DNA of 64,000 nucleotides from Cyanobacteriota bacterium (GTDB taxonomy: Bacteria > Cyanobacteriota > Cyanobacteriia > PCC-6307 > Cyanobiaceae): assembly GCA_046342315.1 (NCBI GenBank), contig JBKDPV010000025.1:1227-65226 (forward strand), read 5' to 3'. Numbering within the stretch: position 1 is the first letter of the stretch; every line of letters starts with the position of its first letter. Position numbers and translations under genes: made by a program. Shown in pieces: positions 18,135 to 27,321 of the stretch. The notes below the pieces were generated by a model. It saw nothing but the letters and a program-made list of their open reading frames with translations, did not search any database and was not told the DNA's origin.

Positions 18135-20087
18135 ATGCAACCTCCCAGGATTCCCGATGATGAGGCGGCCAGATTGCTCGAACTGCGCAGCTATAGTGTT
18201 CTTGATACTGATCAGGATCCAAGATTTGATGACATCAGCGAACTGACCCGTTATATCGCCGGCACAGAAATCGGTATTGTGAGTTTGGTAGACAGCAACC
18301 GGCAGTGGTTCAAGAGTTGTGTGGGGGCGCCGTTAGGTCAGCAGCAAACTGCGCGAGATATTTCCTTCTGCGGCCACACCATCTTGCAGCGTCAGCCCCT
18401 GATCATCAATGATGCCCTTGAAGATGAGCGATTTGCTGATAATCCTCTCGTTCTCGGCTCGCCCCATGTGCGTTTCTATGCCGGCTTCCCCCTGATCACT
18501 CCTAATGGCTTCACAGTGGGCAGTCTTTGCGCGATCAGCCGTCAGCCGCATCAGCTGAATCACCAGCAGATTGATGCTCTTGGCCGAATGGCTTTGCTCA
18601 CTGTTCAGCAATTGGAGTATCTGCGTAATTCTGCTTTTCTATCTGCCAGTGAAAGTGGGCTTGCGGTGGAACGGCTTCGCGGCCTTGCCAGCGAGCGAAT
18701 GACCTCGCTAGGACGTCTGATCAATCGCGATCAGCTGGTGCGGATGATGGATCTGATGTTTGGTATGGAGCTTGGATCCTCCTTCTCATTGTTGCGCTGC
18801 TCCTTCCGTGACTATGAACGGGTCAATTCCAGCCTGGGCGGACTTGTGGCAGAAGAGTATATGAATGAGGCGGCCCGAAGGGTGTTGGCTGCCATCCCTC
18901 GCTCCGCTTCGGTGGCACGCTTTGCTGATGCTGAATTCGTGGTGCTTCTGCCCTTTTCGGCGGCGGAGAGGGATGCGCAAAAGGTGGCAGAGCGTATCCT
19001 TTCTTTTGCTAATCATTTCTATCGGTGTGGTAGCGAAACGCTGTCGATGGCGCTTTCCATTGGTGTTGCAATCCATCATCATAACTATGATAATGCTGAA
19101 GCGATTCTAGCTGATACCAGTATTGCGGTACGCATGGCGCGCCGATCGAGTGCAAGTGCAGTTCGCTTCATCGATGCTGAGTCGCGCGTTGCCGCCCGCG
19201 AAAACTACCGCCTGGAATCGGAGATCCGCGAAGCTGTGGCCGAGAAGGTGATGGAGCCTTTCCTGCAGCCGATCGTGAATCTCACTAGCGGCGAGCCGAT
19301 TGGGTTTGAATCCCTTGCGCGCTGGCCCCGACATGGCGGCATCGCGGGGCCTGGCGTCTTTCTTCCGCTTGCAACGGAGTGTGGGATTACTGGTGATCTC
19401 GATCTCCTCATCATCGAGAAGACCCTGGCGGCGATGCCGCTGCTCGCTCGGCCCGTGCCGCAACGGCCGATGATGATCAGTATGAATCTCTCCGGACTTC
19501 TTTTGGAGGATGAGGAGATGCGCAGGCGCCTGCTTTCTCTGATCGACGACAACCCCTGTCCCCCGGGCTGGCAGTTGCAGCTGGAGTTGGTGGAGGACGT
19601 CTTCCGGGATTCCAGCAGCGACTTCAGCCTCTTTCTCGATGCGCTGGCGAGCCGCGAGGTGCGCATTGCGATTGACGACTTCGGCACGGGCTACTCCTCC
19701 CTGGCCCGCCTGATCTCCCTGCCGATTCAGGCGGTGAAGGTGGATCGGGCTTTTGTGGCCAAACTCGATGGTGGCGAGGGGTCTCCGCAAACGTTGCTGC
19801 GCACCATGTTCACGATGCTGGCGGATCTCGGGCTGGAGATCACGGCAGAGGGTGTGGAAACCCAGGAGCAGCGCGAGTGGTTGCTTGCCAATGGCGCCCA
19901 CAAGGCACAGGGATATCTGTTCGCCCAACCGATGTCGCTCAGCGACGCGATTGCCTACCTGCAGAATCTGAATTACCGGCCCAGGGCGATCCCGGTGGAG
20001 CCAGCCCGCATCCAGGCCTTACGGCGACGTCGACTGCGCTCCGTGTTTCGCCTGCCCTTTCAGGGCGGTCGTCGCAGCACCGACTGA
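18135..20087 (+). CDS. GAF - degenerate GGDEF - EAL c-di-GMP phosphodiesterase
   Basis: GAF (SFCGHTI, VRFYAGFPL); GGDEF motif degenerate (ARFADAEF); EAL domain with FLQP, GFESLARW, IDDFGTGYSSL, KVDRAFV, AEGVET and QGYLFAQP. Confidence 0.88.
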   Translation: MQPPRIPDDEAARLLELRSYSVLDTDQDPRFDDISELTRYIAGTEIGIVSLVDSNRQWFKSCVGAPLGQQQTARDISFCGHTILQRQPLIINDALEDERFADNPLVLGSPHVRFYAGFPLITPNGFTVGSLCAISRQPHQLNHQQIDALGRMALLTVQQLEYLRNSAFLSASESGLAVERLRGLASERMTSLGRLINRDQLVRMMDLMFGMELGSSFSLLRCSFRDYERVNSSLGGLVAEEYMNEAARRVLAAIPRSASVARFADAEFVVLLPFSAAERDAQKVAERILSFANHFYRCGSETLSMALSIGVAIHHHNYDNAEAILADTSIAVRMARRSSASAVRFIDAESRVAARENYRLESEIREAVAEKVMEPFLQPIVNLTSGEPIGFESLARWPRHGGIAGPGVFLPLATECGITGDLDLLIIEKTLAAMPLLARPVPQRPMMISMNLSGLLLEDEEMRRRLLSLIDDNPCPPGWQLQLELVEDVFRDSSSDFSLFLDALASREVRIAIDDFGTGYSSLARLISLPIQAVKVDRAFVAKLDGGEGSPQTLLRTMFTMLADLGLEITAEGVETQEQREWLLANGAHKAQGYLFAQPMSLSDAIAYLQNLNYRPRAIPVEPARIQALRRRRLRSVFRLPFQGGRRSTD

Positions 20088-20295
20088 GCCGGCAGCGCCG
20101 ACGCTGAAGCTGCCGTGCCCAGGTCGCTCCCATCCCCCGGTCGGACAGCGACCGATCAGTGATTCTTTCCGGCACGATCGCAACTGCCTTTGTGCCAAGG
20201 CCGTCAGCAGACACAGACATCCAGTAGCTTCCCGCGAATGCCGGCGCTCCGTCGGCTCCTGATCGCTTCGGCCGGCTGGCCGGCTCCATGCGCTG

Positions 20296-21816
20296 ATGCC
20301 CTCCTTTGTCCTGGTCCTGCTGCTGCTGCTCCCGCTGATGGGCATGGGGCTCATCCAGCTGGTGCCCGCCGATCGTCTGCGCTGGGTGCAACCGCTGGCA
20401 GCCTCCAGCGCTGCTGTGCCCCTGCTGCTGGCCCTGGGCTGCTGGCGCCTGCCTCCTGCTGAGCTCCACGTGAACTGGCTACCGAAGCTCGGACTCCGCC
20501 TCGACCTCGGTCTGGATGGTCTCTCCCTGCCGCTCGTTGTGCTCACGGCACTGATCTCGGTGCTCGCCATCCTCTCGGCACCGGCGGATCAGAGCCGCCC
20601 GCGGTTGTTCTTCGCCCTGATGCTTGCCACCAACCTCGGCGTGGTGGGCGGATTCCTGGCCCGCAACGCCCTGCTGTTCCTGCTGGCTTTCGAGTTGGTG
20701 CTGATCCCGATCACCCTGCTGGTGGCCATCTGGGGCGGGGAAAAGCGGGCGGGTGCCGCCGTGCGCTTCCTGCTCTACAGCGCCGTTTCCGGCCTGGCGC
20801 TGTTGGCGGCCGTCCTCGCCTTCGCCTGGTTCAACCCCGCCGGTCCAGCCTTCGGGTTTGATGATCTCCACAAGGCCCAGATCCCGCCTGTGGCCCAGCG
20901 CTGGATCCTGGCTCTCCTGCTGCTCGCCTTCGGCCTGAAGCTGCCGGTCGTGCCCCTGCACGGCTGGCAACCCTTCACCTACAGCCAGGCACCCACCCCG
21001 GTCGTGATGCTTCTGGCCGGCGCCGTCTCCAAGCTGGGGGCCTACGGCCTGCTGCGCTTCGGGGTGGGCTTCCTGCCGGATGTCTGGGCTGTCTGGTCAC
21101 CGTGGATCGCCGCCGCCGGCGCCATCAGTGCGGTGTACGGCGCCCTCAACGCCATCGCCGAGAGCGATATCCGTCGCCTCATGGCCTTCAGCTCCCTTGG
21201 GCACATGGGACTGCTGGTGCTCGGGCTGTCTGCCGCCACCCCTCTGAGCCTGCAGGGGGCGGTGGCCCAGATGCTGGCCCACGGCATGATTGTGGCCCTG
21301 TTGTTCGCCTGCGTGGGGCTGATCGAACGCAAAACCGGCACCACCGCCATCCCGGAGCTCTCTGGCCTGCTGAACCCGTTGCGGGGCTTGCCGTTCACCA
21401 TGGGCATGCTGCTGCTGGCTCTGATGGCCGCAGCCGGGATTCCAGGTCTGGCGGGTTTCCCGGCCGAGCTGATGGTGTTCGAGGGCAGCTGGTCCACGTT
21501 CCCGAGAGCCACCTTGGTGAGCTTGATCGCCTCGGGCTTCACCGCTGTCTATGCCATCCGCCTGTTCAACCGGGTGGGCTTCGGCCGCCTGGACAACGAC
21601 CGTGCCGACTGGGTGTCCACCGGATGGAGCGAGCGGGCGCCGGCCATGGCTCTCACCCTGCTGGTGATCGCAGCGGGCCTCTGGCCCACGGCCCTCACCG
21701 GCTGGAGTGAGGCGGAATCCACGGGTCTGGCCCTGCGCTCCCAGCCCTTCCTGAGCCGGTCCACCGACCTCGTCGCCGCCGCCTTCCCTGCCGCCTCGGA
21801 GCTGAGCATCTCATGA
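20296..21816 (+). CDS. ndhD3: NDH-1 subunit D3 (CO2 uptake)
   Basis: LGLDGLSLPL, FELVLIP, KLPVVPLHGWQP, KLGAYGLLRF and GFPAE NdhD/NuoM motifs; ATGA overlap with cupA. Confidence 0.88.
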   Translation: MPSFVLVLLLLLPLMGMGLIQLVPADRLRWVQPLAASSAAVPLLLALGCWRLPPAELHVNWLPKLGLRLDLGLDGLSLPLVVLTALISVLAILSAPADQSRPRLFFALMLATNLGVVGGFLARNALLFLLAFELVLIPITLLVAIWGGEKRAGAAVRFLLYSAVSGLALLAAVLAFAWFNPAGPAFGFDDLHKAQIPPVAQRWILALLLLAFGLKLPVVPLHGWQPFTYSQAPTPVVMLLAGAVSKLGAYGLLRFGVGFLPDVWAVWSPWIAAAGAISAVYGALNAIAESDIRRLMAFSSLGHMGLLVLGLSAATPLSLQGAVAQMLAHGMIVALLFACVGLIERKTGTTAIPELSGLLNPLRGLPFTMGMLLLALMAAAGIPGLAGFPAELMVFEGSWSTFPRATLVSLIASGFTAVYAIRLFNRVGFGRLDNDRADWVSTGWSERAPAMALTLLVIAAGLWPTALTGWSEAESTGLALRSQPFLSRSTDLVAAAFPAASELSIS

Positions 21817-23123
21817 CCCCACCCACCGCCACGGCCCCCGAGACCGTCACCGCTCCCCTGATCCCGCCCTCCACCCATCGCTACGCCGATGTGATCCACC
21901 GGCTCGAGGCCGGCGGCTCGATGCTGCCGGACACGCCGGAGAACCTGATGCAGATCATCGGCATCTACAAGGCCTATGCCGTGCCGATGGACTTCTACTG
22001 GCGCGATCTGCTCTACATCGCCGAGCAGGTGTTCCTCGATCCCCTGCCGGCCTTCAAGTACTTCATCAGCCAGGAGTACCTCGATCTGCCCAATTCCTAC
22101 GCCGGCGATCAGTCGAAGCTGCGGATCTGGCGCGGTGGCGAGAAGGCCCACCCCGAACTGCTGGAGTTCATGGCCAAGGGGGAGTCGGGCAGGATGCCGA
22201 AGCTGCTCCATCACCTCTGGCACGACCGGATCAACATGGAGTTCGCCGAGGCCTGCATGGAGGCGATGCTCTGGCACCAGGGCATGGGCGGGCGCTTCTA
22301 CGACTATCTCGATTGCGACGCCTATCGCACCAACGCGGACCGGGCGATCAAGGCCTACTTCCGCGGCAATCCGCTGATGCTCGGCCTGTACAAGCTGTTC
22401 CCTGAGATGTTCATGGAGCAGGTGAAGAAGATGAGCTACTACGCCAACCTCGGCCTGTTCTGGGAGGTGATGGCACCGGTGTTCTTCGAGATGAGTGACA
22501 TCTACGACGAGGGAGGGTTCAAGGGTGTTCCCGACGCCATGAACTTCCTGGTGAACGGCATCTTCGCCGTAGCGGGCCGGCCGATCTACCACCACGTGTA
22601 CATCAAGGGGGAGTGTTTCGAGATCATCCCCAAGAGCGAAGGTTTCACCTGGCTCTACGAAGCGGCCCTGCCCTATGTGGAGGCCGTGTTCTACCGCACG
22701 GCACCCTTCCGCGGCACCAAGAGCTACAACGCCCAGGCCTACCAGGTGCCCTCCGATCAGGCCGATTTCCACTACGGCATCCTCTATGCCGACGTGTTCC
22801 CGGTGGGGTCGGCCGGCATCCCTCCCACCCTGCTGATGCAGGACATGCTGCACTTCCTCCCCCCCTATCTGGAGGATCTCTACAAACAGCACAAGCGTGG
22901 CGATGAGGACAAGCTCATCCAGCTGGGCATCACCTTCCAGCGCTCGATGTACAACGTCACCTCGGCGGTGATCCAGGCCCTGCGCTGCGCCCTGCTCTAT
23001 CCGCTCGATGACACCGATCCCGAGCACCTGATGGCGAACCGCCGCTTCTTCGAGGCCCAGATGGACCGCTTCCTGCGGCCGGAAGCCCGTCTGCCCCAGG
23101 TCCAGACCCAGGACTACCGCTGA
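21813..23123 (+). CDS. cupA: CO2 hydration protein CupA (ChpY)
   Basis: IHRLEAGGSMLPDTPENLMQIIGIYKAYAVPMDFYWRDLLYIAE; 436 aa, matching CupA rather than the shorter CupB. Confidence 0.92.
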   Translation: MTPPTATAPETVTAPLIPPSTHRYADVIHRLEAGGSMLPDTPENLMQIIGIYKAYAVPMDFYWRDLLYIAEQVFLDPLPAFKYFISQEYLDLPNSYAGDQSKLRIWRGGEKAHPELLEFMAKGESGRMPKLLHHLWHDRINMEFAEACMEAMLWHQGMGGRFYDYLDCDAYRTNADRAIKAYFRGNPLMLGLYKLFPEMFMEQVKKMSYYANLGLFWEVMAPVFFEMSDIYDEGGFKGVPDAMNFLVNGIFAVAGRPIYHHVYIKGECFEIIPKSEGFTWLYEAALPYVEAVFYRTAPFRGTKSYNAQAYQVPSDQADFHYGILYADVFPVGSAGIPPTLLMQDMLHFLPPYLEDLYKQHKRGDEDKLIQLGITFQRSMYNVTSAVIQALRCALLYPLDDTDPEHLMANRRFFEAQMDRFLRPEARLPQVQTQDYR

Positions 23124-23145
23124 TCCCGCCCCTCACCCCAACGCC

Positions 23146-23547
23146 ATGGCCAACATCATCGAAACCGCGAAGGGAGCGGGCTGCTTCGCCACCCTGCTCA
23201 CCGCCGTGGAGGTGGCGGGGCTCACCGGAGCCCTCGAGAGCCCAGGTCCCTTCACCGTCTTCGCTCCCGTCGACGACGCCTTCGCGGCCCTGCCTCCAGG
23301 CACGGTCCAGACCCTGGTGGACAACCCGCCCCAGCTGGCCAGGATCCTCAAGTTCCACGTGCTTGCCGGAGCCCACCACCGCAGCGAGCTGGTGACCCGG
23401 CCGGAGTGGCAGAGCCTGGAGGGCGCGCCTGTGGCCATCCGGCGAGCCGATCCCTTCGAGGTGAAGAACGCCACCGTGGTGAGCGCCGACATCGCTTGCG
23501 ACAACGGCGTGGTGCATGTGATCGACCGGGTGATCCTGCCCGGCTGA
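23146..23547 (+). CDS. cupS: Fasciclin-domain protein CupS
   Basis: FAS1 motifs GPFTVFAPVDDAF and NGVVHVIDRVILP; canonical position after cupA. Confidence 0.85.
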   Translation: MANIIETAKGAGCFATLLTAVEVAGLTGALESPGPFTVFAPVDDAFAALPPGTVQTLVDNPPQLARILKFHVLAGAHHRSELVTRPEWQSLEGAPVAIRRADPFEVKNATVVSADIACDNGVVHVIDRVILPG

Positions 23548-23639
23548 GCGAAGCCTGATCCGAGCGCAGCTGTCGCAGCCCCTATGACAGCATCATCGCC
23601 GCGGTCGCCGCCAGCGATGATCGGGACCTACCGGGAACC

Positions 23640-26180
23640 ATGAAGTTGCAGGCCGCTCGCCGACACAGCATCCTGGCCATCTTCGGAGCCCTGACGCTGG
23701 CAGGGTTGGTCGGTATCGCCCTGATCAGCTATCTGCGGGCCCGCAATTTCCTGCACCGACAGATCAGCGAAACCACACTGCCGCTCACCTCCGACACGAT
23801 CTATGCCGGGGTGGAGAACGATCTGCTCCAGCCGGTCCTCGCCTCCGGCCTGATGGCTCGCAACACCCTGCTGGCCGAAAAGCTGGCCCGCGGCCAGAGC
23901 GATCCCGAAAGGATCGCGGCCTACCTGCGCGGCGTCCAGGAGCGCACCGGGGCGGTCACGGCGTTTCTGGTGTCCGACCGCAGCCGCAGCTACCACCACC
24001 CGAGCGGCGTTCTCAAGCAGGTCTCACCTACCGATCCCCAGGATCGCTGGTACTACCGCTTCCGCGACTCCGGGCGCAATTTCGAGATCAACATCGACCG
24101 TGACACGGCCGACCTCCAGCGCACCACAGCCTTCATCAACGTGCGGTTGCTCGATACCGAGGGCGGCTTCCTCGGGGTTGTGGGCCTGGGTCTCGACATG
24201 CGCTCGCTCATGGCCCAGCTGCAGCGCTACCAAGAGCGCTACGGCGGCCGCATCCTGCTGCTGGACCAGCAGGGGCGGATCAAGCTGGCCGCCGACCGCA
24301 CGACCGGCAGCCTGGAGGACATCAAGGGCCTGGCCCCGCATCGAAAGCAGATCCTCTCGGCCCCTTCCCATACTCTGCATCTCGAGCGCACGGGGAGCGA
24401 CTCCTACGTCAGCAGTCGCCGCATCCCCGAACTGGACTGGCTGCTGGTGGTGCAGCAGTCGAGCAGCCTCGCCCAGCGCAGACTGGAAAATCTGCTGGCC
24501 CAGAATCTGATCGCCGCGGTGCTGGTCAGCCTGGTGCTGCTGTCCCTCGCCCAGCTCACGGTGGGCAGGCAGCAGCGTGAGCTGGAGCGACTGGCCAGCA
24601 CCGACAGCCTCACGGGCCTGCTCAACCGTTCCGCCTTCGAGCCCCTGTTCCTACGCCAGGTCGCTGAGGCCCGAAACCGCCGCGAACCCCTGGCGGTGGC
24701 TCTGATCGACATCGATCGCTTCAAGCAGGTGAATGATCACTTCGGCCATCCCCAGGGCGATCATGTGATCTGTCAGGTGGGCCGCCGGATCGTGCACCAC
24801 ATCCGCGTTGTTGATCTGCTCTTCCGTTGGGGCGGCGAGGAATTCCTGCTGCTCCTGCCGGGCTGTGCCATCCCCCGCGCCAAGGAGCTGCTCGAGAGGA
24901 TCCGCAGGGATCTGCACGATCAGCCCGTGTCCCTGCTCCACCAGAAAACGGTGCCACCATCCTCCGACCAGCTCCGGCCTGATCTGCTGCCGGTGACCAT
25001 CAGCATCGGTCTGAGTGTGCACCGATCAGAAGAATCCAGTGCCGAGCTGCTGCAACGGGTCGATGAGGCCCTCTACTGCGCCAAGCGCGGCGGGCGCAAC
25101 CGCCTCTGCACCGCCACGGCTCCGCTTCGCTGCATCGGCAGGCTGCTGGCGGCCCTTGGCGTTGGTCTGCTGGCGGTGGGTTGCCGTCCCGAGGCGGACG
25201 GAGTGCAGAGCTCCACGATGGGCAGGATTCGCGAGCGTGACCGCCTGATCTGCGCCGTGGACGGGGCTGTGCCGGGGTTCAGCAGCGTTGCCGCCTCCGG
25301 TCGCTATGAGGGGATCGATGTCGACTTCTGCCGGGCCGTCGCGGCGGCGCTGCTGGGCGATCCCGAGAAGGTCGACTTCCGCCCCGTCACCCCAGCCGAG
25401 CGGTTCGTCGCTCTCAACAGCGGCGAGGTGGATCTGCTCTCGATCAGCTCCACCCACACCCTCTCCCGCGATGCGCCGGGCGGGAATGCGCTGAGCTTCG
25501 GGCCCACCTTCTTCTATGACGGCCAGGGGGTGATGGTGCCGGCCGTCTCCGCCGTGCGTCGCCTGGCCGACCTGGCGGGCAAGCCGATCTGCGTGGAGAG
25601 CGGCACCAACACCGAGCTCAACCTGGCCGACCGCATGCGCGAACTGGGGCTCAGCTACCAGCCCCTGCGTTTCCAGTCGGGGGAGCAGGCCTACCCGGCC
25701 TACGAGCAGGGCCGCTGCGCGGCAATCACCAGCGACCGTTCGCTGCTGGCGGGCAAGCGCACCGGCTTCCGCAACCCCGCCGCCCACGTGCTGCTGCCGG
25801 AGTTGCTGAGCAAGGAACCCAGCGCCAAGGTCACGGTGCAGGGTGATCCGGTGTGGGCCGATGCGATCCGCTGGATCACCTTTGCCCTGTTCCAGGCCGA
25901 GGAGAGCGGCCTCACCCGGGCCACGGTCGCCGCGCGAGTGGCAGAGGCCCGGGCCCGGCCGGAGCAGGCGGAGTTGCGCCGGCTGCTGGGGGTGGAGGGG
26001 GATCTGGGCCGCCAGCTGGGGCTGCCCGACGACTTCGTGGTGCGGGTGGTGAAGGCCGTGGGCTCCTACGGCGAGCTGTTCGACCGCCACGTGGGCCCCG
26101 CCTCGCGGCTGGGCCTGGAGCGGGGCCCCAATCGCCTCTGGAACCAGGGCGGGCTCCACTTCCCGCCCCCCTTCCGCTGA
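23640..26180 (+). CDS. Cache-type sensor diguanylate cyclase fused in frame to an amino-acid ABC substrate-binding domain
   Basis: TM, extracytoplasmic domain (DRWYYRF, FLGVVGLG), TM, GGDEF (TDSLTGLLNR, DIDRFKQVNDHFGHPQGD, RVVD, GGEEF at 24831-24845, KRGGRN), hydrophobic LLAALGVGLLAVGC (25143-25184), then a full AapJ/NatF-like domain ending PPFR. Confidence 0.8.
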   Translation: MKLQAARRHSILAIFGALTLAGLVGIALISYLRARNFLHRQISETTLPLTSDTIYAGVENDLLQPVLASGLMARNTLLAEKLARGQSDPERIAAYLRGVQERTGAVTAFLVSDRSRSYHHPSGVLKQVSPTDPQDRWYYRFRDSGRNFEINIDRDTADLQRTTAFINVRLLDTEGGFLGVVGLGLDMRSLMAQLQRYQERYGGRILLLDQQGRIKLAADRTTGSLEDIKGLAPHRKQILSAPSHTLHLERTGSDSYVSSRRIPELDWLLVVQQSSSLAQRRLENLLAQNLIAAVLVSLVLLSLAQLTVGRQQRELERLASTDSLTGLLNRSAFEPLFLRQVAEARNRREPLAVALIDIDRFKQVNDHFGHPQGDHVICQVGRRIVHHIRVVDLLFRWGGEEFLLLLPGCAIPRAKELLERIRRDLHDQPVSLLHQKTVPPSSDQLRPDLLPVTISIGLSVHRSEESSAELLQRVDEALYCAKRGGRNRLCTATAPLRCIGRLLAALGVGLLAVGCRPEADGVQSSTMGRIRERDRLICAVDGAVPGFSSVAASGRYEGIDVDFCRAVAAALLGDPEKVDFRPVTPAERFVALNSGEVDLLSISSTHTLSRDAPGGNALSFGPTFFYDGQGVMVPAVSAVRRLADLAGKPICVESGTNTELNLADRMRELGLSYQPLRFQSGEQAYPAYEQGRCAAITSDRSLLAGKRTGFRNPAAHVLLPELLSKEPSAKVTVQGDPVWADAIRWITFALFQAEESGLTRATVAARVAEARARPEQAELRRLLGVEGDLGRQLGLPDDFVVRVVKAVGSYGELFDRHVGPASRLGLERGPNRLWNQGGLHFPPPFR

Positions 26181-26259
26181 GGCCGCCCGGCGCTCCGACC
26201 CGGGGAGCGCCGCCGGCCGCGGACACCTGCAACAATGCGGCCACCTCTAGCCCCCCCGG

Positions 26260-27321
26260 ATGTCCCGTCACTGGATCCGCGCTCTGCCGGTCTCCCTTCT
26301 CGGCCTCGGCCTGCTCGCCGGCTGCGCGCCCGAGGGTGGTGGCTTGCAGAGCACCAAGATGGCTGCGATCCAGAGCCGGGGCAAGCTGATCTGCGGCGTG
26401 GAGGGCAAGCTCCCCGGTTTCAGCTTTGTCCTGCCCTCCGGCCAGTACGCAGGCCTCGACGTGGACGTGTGCAAGGCGGTGGCGGCCGCGGTTCTGGGGG
26501 ATCCCTCGAAGGTGGAATACCGCGACCTCAACTCCAGCGAGCGCTTCGCCGCCCTGGCCAGCGGCGAGGTGGATCTGCTCTCGCGCAACACCACCATGAC
26601 CCTCAGCCGCGACGCGGCCGGTGGCAACGGCCTGAGCTTCGCTCCCACCACCTTCTATGACGGCCAGGGCGTGCTGGTGCCGGTGGCCAGCGGCATCAAG
26701 GACCTGAAGGGTCTCGCCGGCAAGCCGATCTGCGTAGAGAGCGGCACCACCACCGAGCTCAACCTGGCGGACCGGATGCGCGAGCAGAACATCCCCTACA
26801 CGCCGCTCAAGTTCCAGACCAGCGACCAGACCTTCGCCGCCTATCTCGGCGGCCGCTGCGTCGCCGTCACCAGCGACCGCTCCCAGCTGGCGGGCAAGCG
26901 CACCAGCTTCCCCAAGCCGGATGAGCACACCCTCCTGCCCGACGTGATGAGCAAGGAGCCGCTCACCCCGGCCACCACCAATGCCGATCCCGCCTGGGCC
27001 GATGCGGTCCGCTGGATCGTCAACGGCCTCTTCCAGGCCGAGGAGAGCGGGATCACCCAGGCCAACATCGACGCCAAGGTGGCCGAGGCCAAGGCCAACA
27101 CCAACCAGGCCGACCTGCGCCGCTTCCTCGGCGTCGAAGGTGATTTCGGCAAGCAGCTCGGGCTTCCCGCCGACTTCGTCGTCAAGGCGGTGAAGGCCGC
27201 CGGCAACTACGGCGAGATCTTCGATCGCAACGTCGGTCCGAAGTCGGCCCTCAAGCTCGACCGGGGCCTCAACCGGCAGTGGAAGGACGGCGGCCTGATC
27301 TACTCGCCTCCCTTCCGCTGA
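26260..27321 (+). CDS. natF: Amino-acid ABC transporter substrate-binding lipoprotein (NatF/AapJ/BztA family)
   Basis: Lipobox LLAGC; SRNTTMTLSRD, FYDGQG, TSDRSQL, MSKEPL and GNYGEIFDRN. Confidence 0.88.
   Translation: MSRHWIRALPVSLLGLGLLAGCAPEGGGLQSTKMAAIQSRGKLICGVEGKLPGFSFVLPSGQYAGLDVDVCKAVAAAVLGDPSKVEYRDLNSSERFAALASGEVDLLSRNTTMTLSRDAAGGNGLSFAPTTFYDGQGVLVPVASGIKDLKGLAGKPICVESGTTTELNLADRMREQNIPYTPLKFQTSDQTFAAYLGGRCVAVTSDRSQLAGKRTSFPKPDEHTLLPDVMSKEPLTPATTNADPAWADAVRWIVNGLFQAEESGITQANIDAKVAEAKANTNQADLRRFLGVEGDFGKQLGLPADFVVKAVKAAGNYGEIFDRNVGPKSALKLDRGLNRQWKDGGLIYSPPFR

Larger units (their letters stand above)
15284..20295. other. Lower-GC three-gene signalling cassette between ndhF3 and ndhD3
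   Basis: Hand counts: 31/60 G+C at 16921-16980 and 31/60 at 19021-19080, versus 42/60 at 14101-14160; many A/T-ending codons. No transposase, integrase or terminal repeat seen. Confidence 0.7.

Noticed and set aside
19250-20087. Apparent GC step inside the PDE gene suggesting a chimeric EAL domain
   Set aside because: Sampled lines rise gradually (about 57-70%) and the LOV core is similarly GC-richer, so domain constraint explains it equally well; needs a proper window analysis.
20088-20295. Short ORFs and hairpins before ndhD3, including ATG-CGC-TGA overlapping the ndhD3 start
   Set aside because: The frame is closed by TAG at 20225; stems are 5-6 bp in GC-rich DNA; no ndhF remnant detectable.
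23592-23621. 8-bp inverted repeat ATCATCGC/GCGATGAT between cupS and the DGC fusion
   Set aside because: 14-nt loop and no U-tract; insufficient to call a terminator.
26189-26211. GGCGCTCC/GGAGCGCC hairpin between the two binding-protein genes
   Set aside because: All-GC-type stem without a U-tract; chance occurrence is likely at this GC content.
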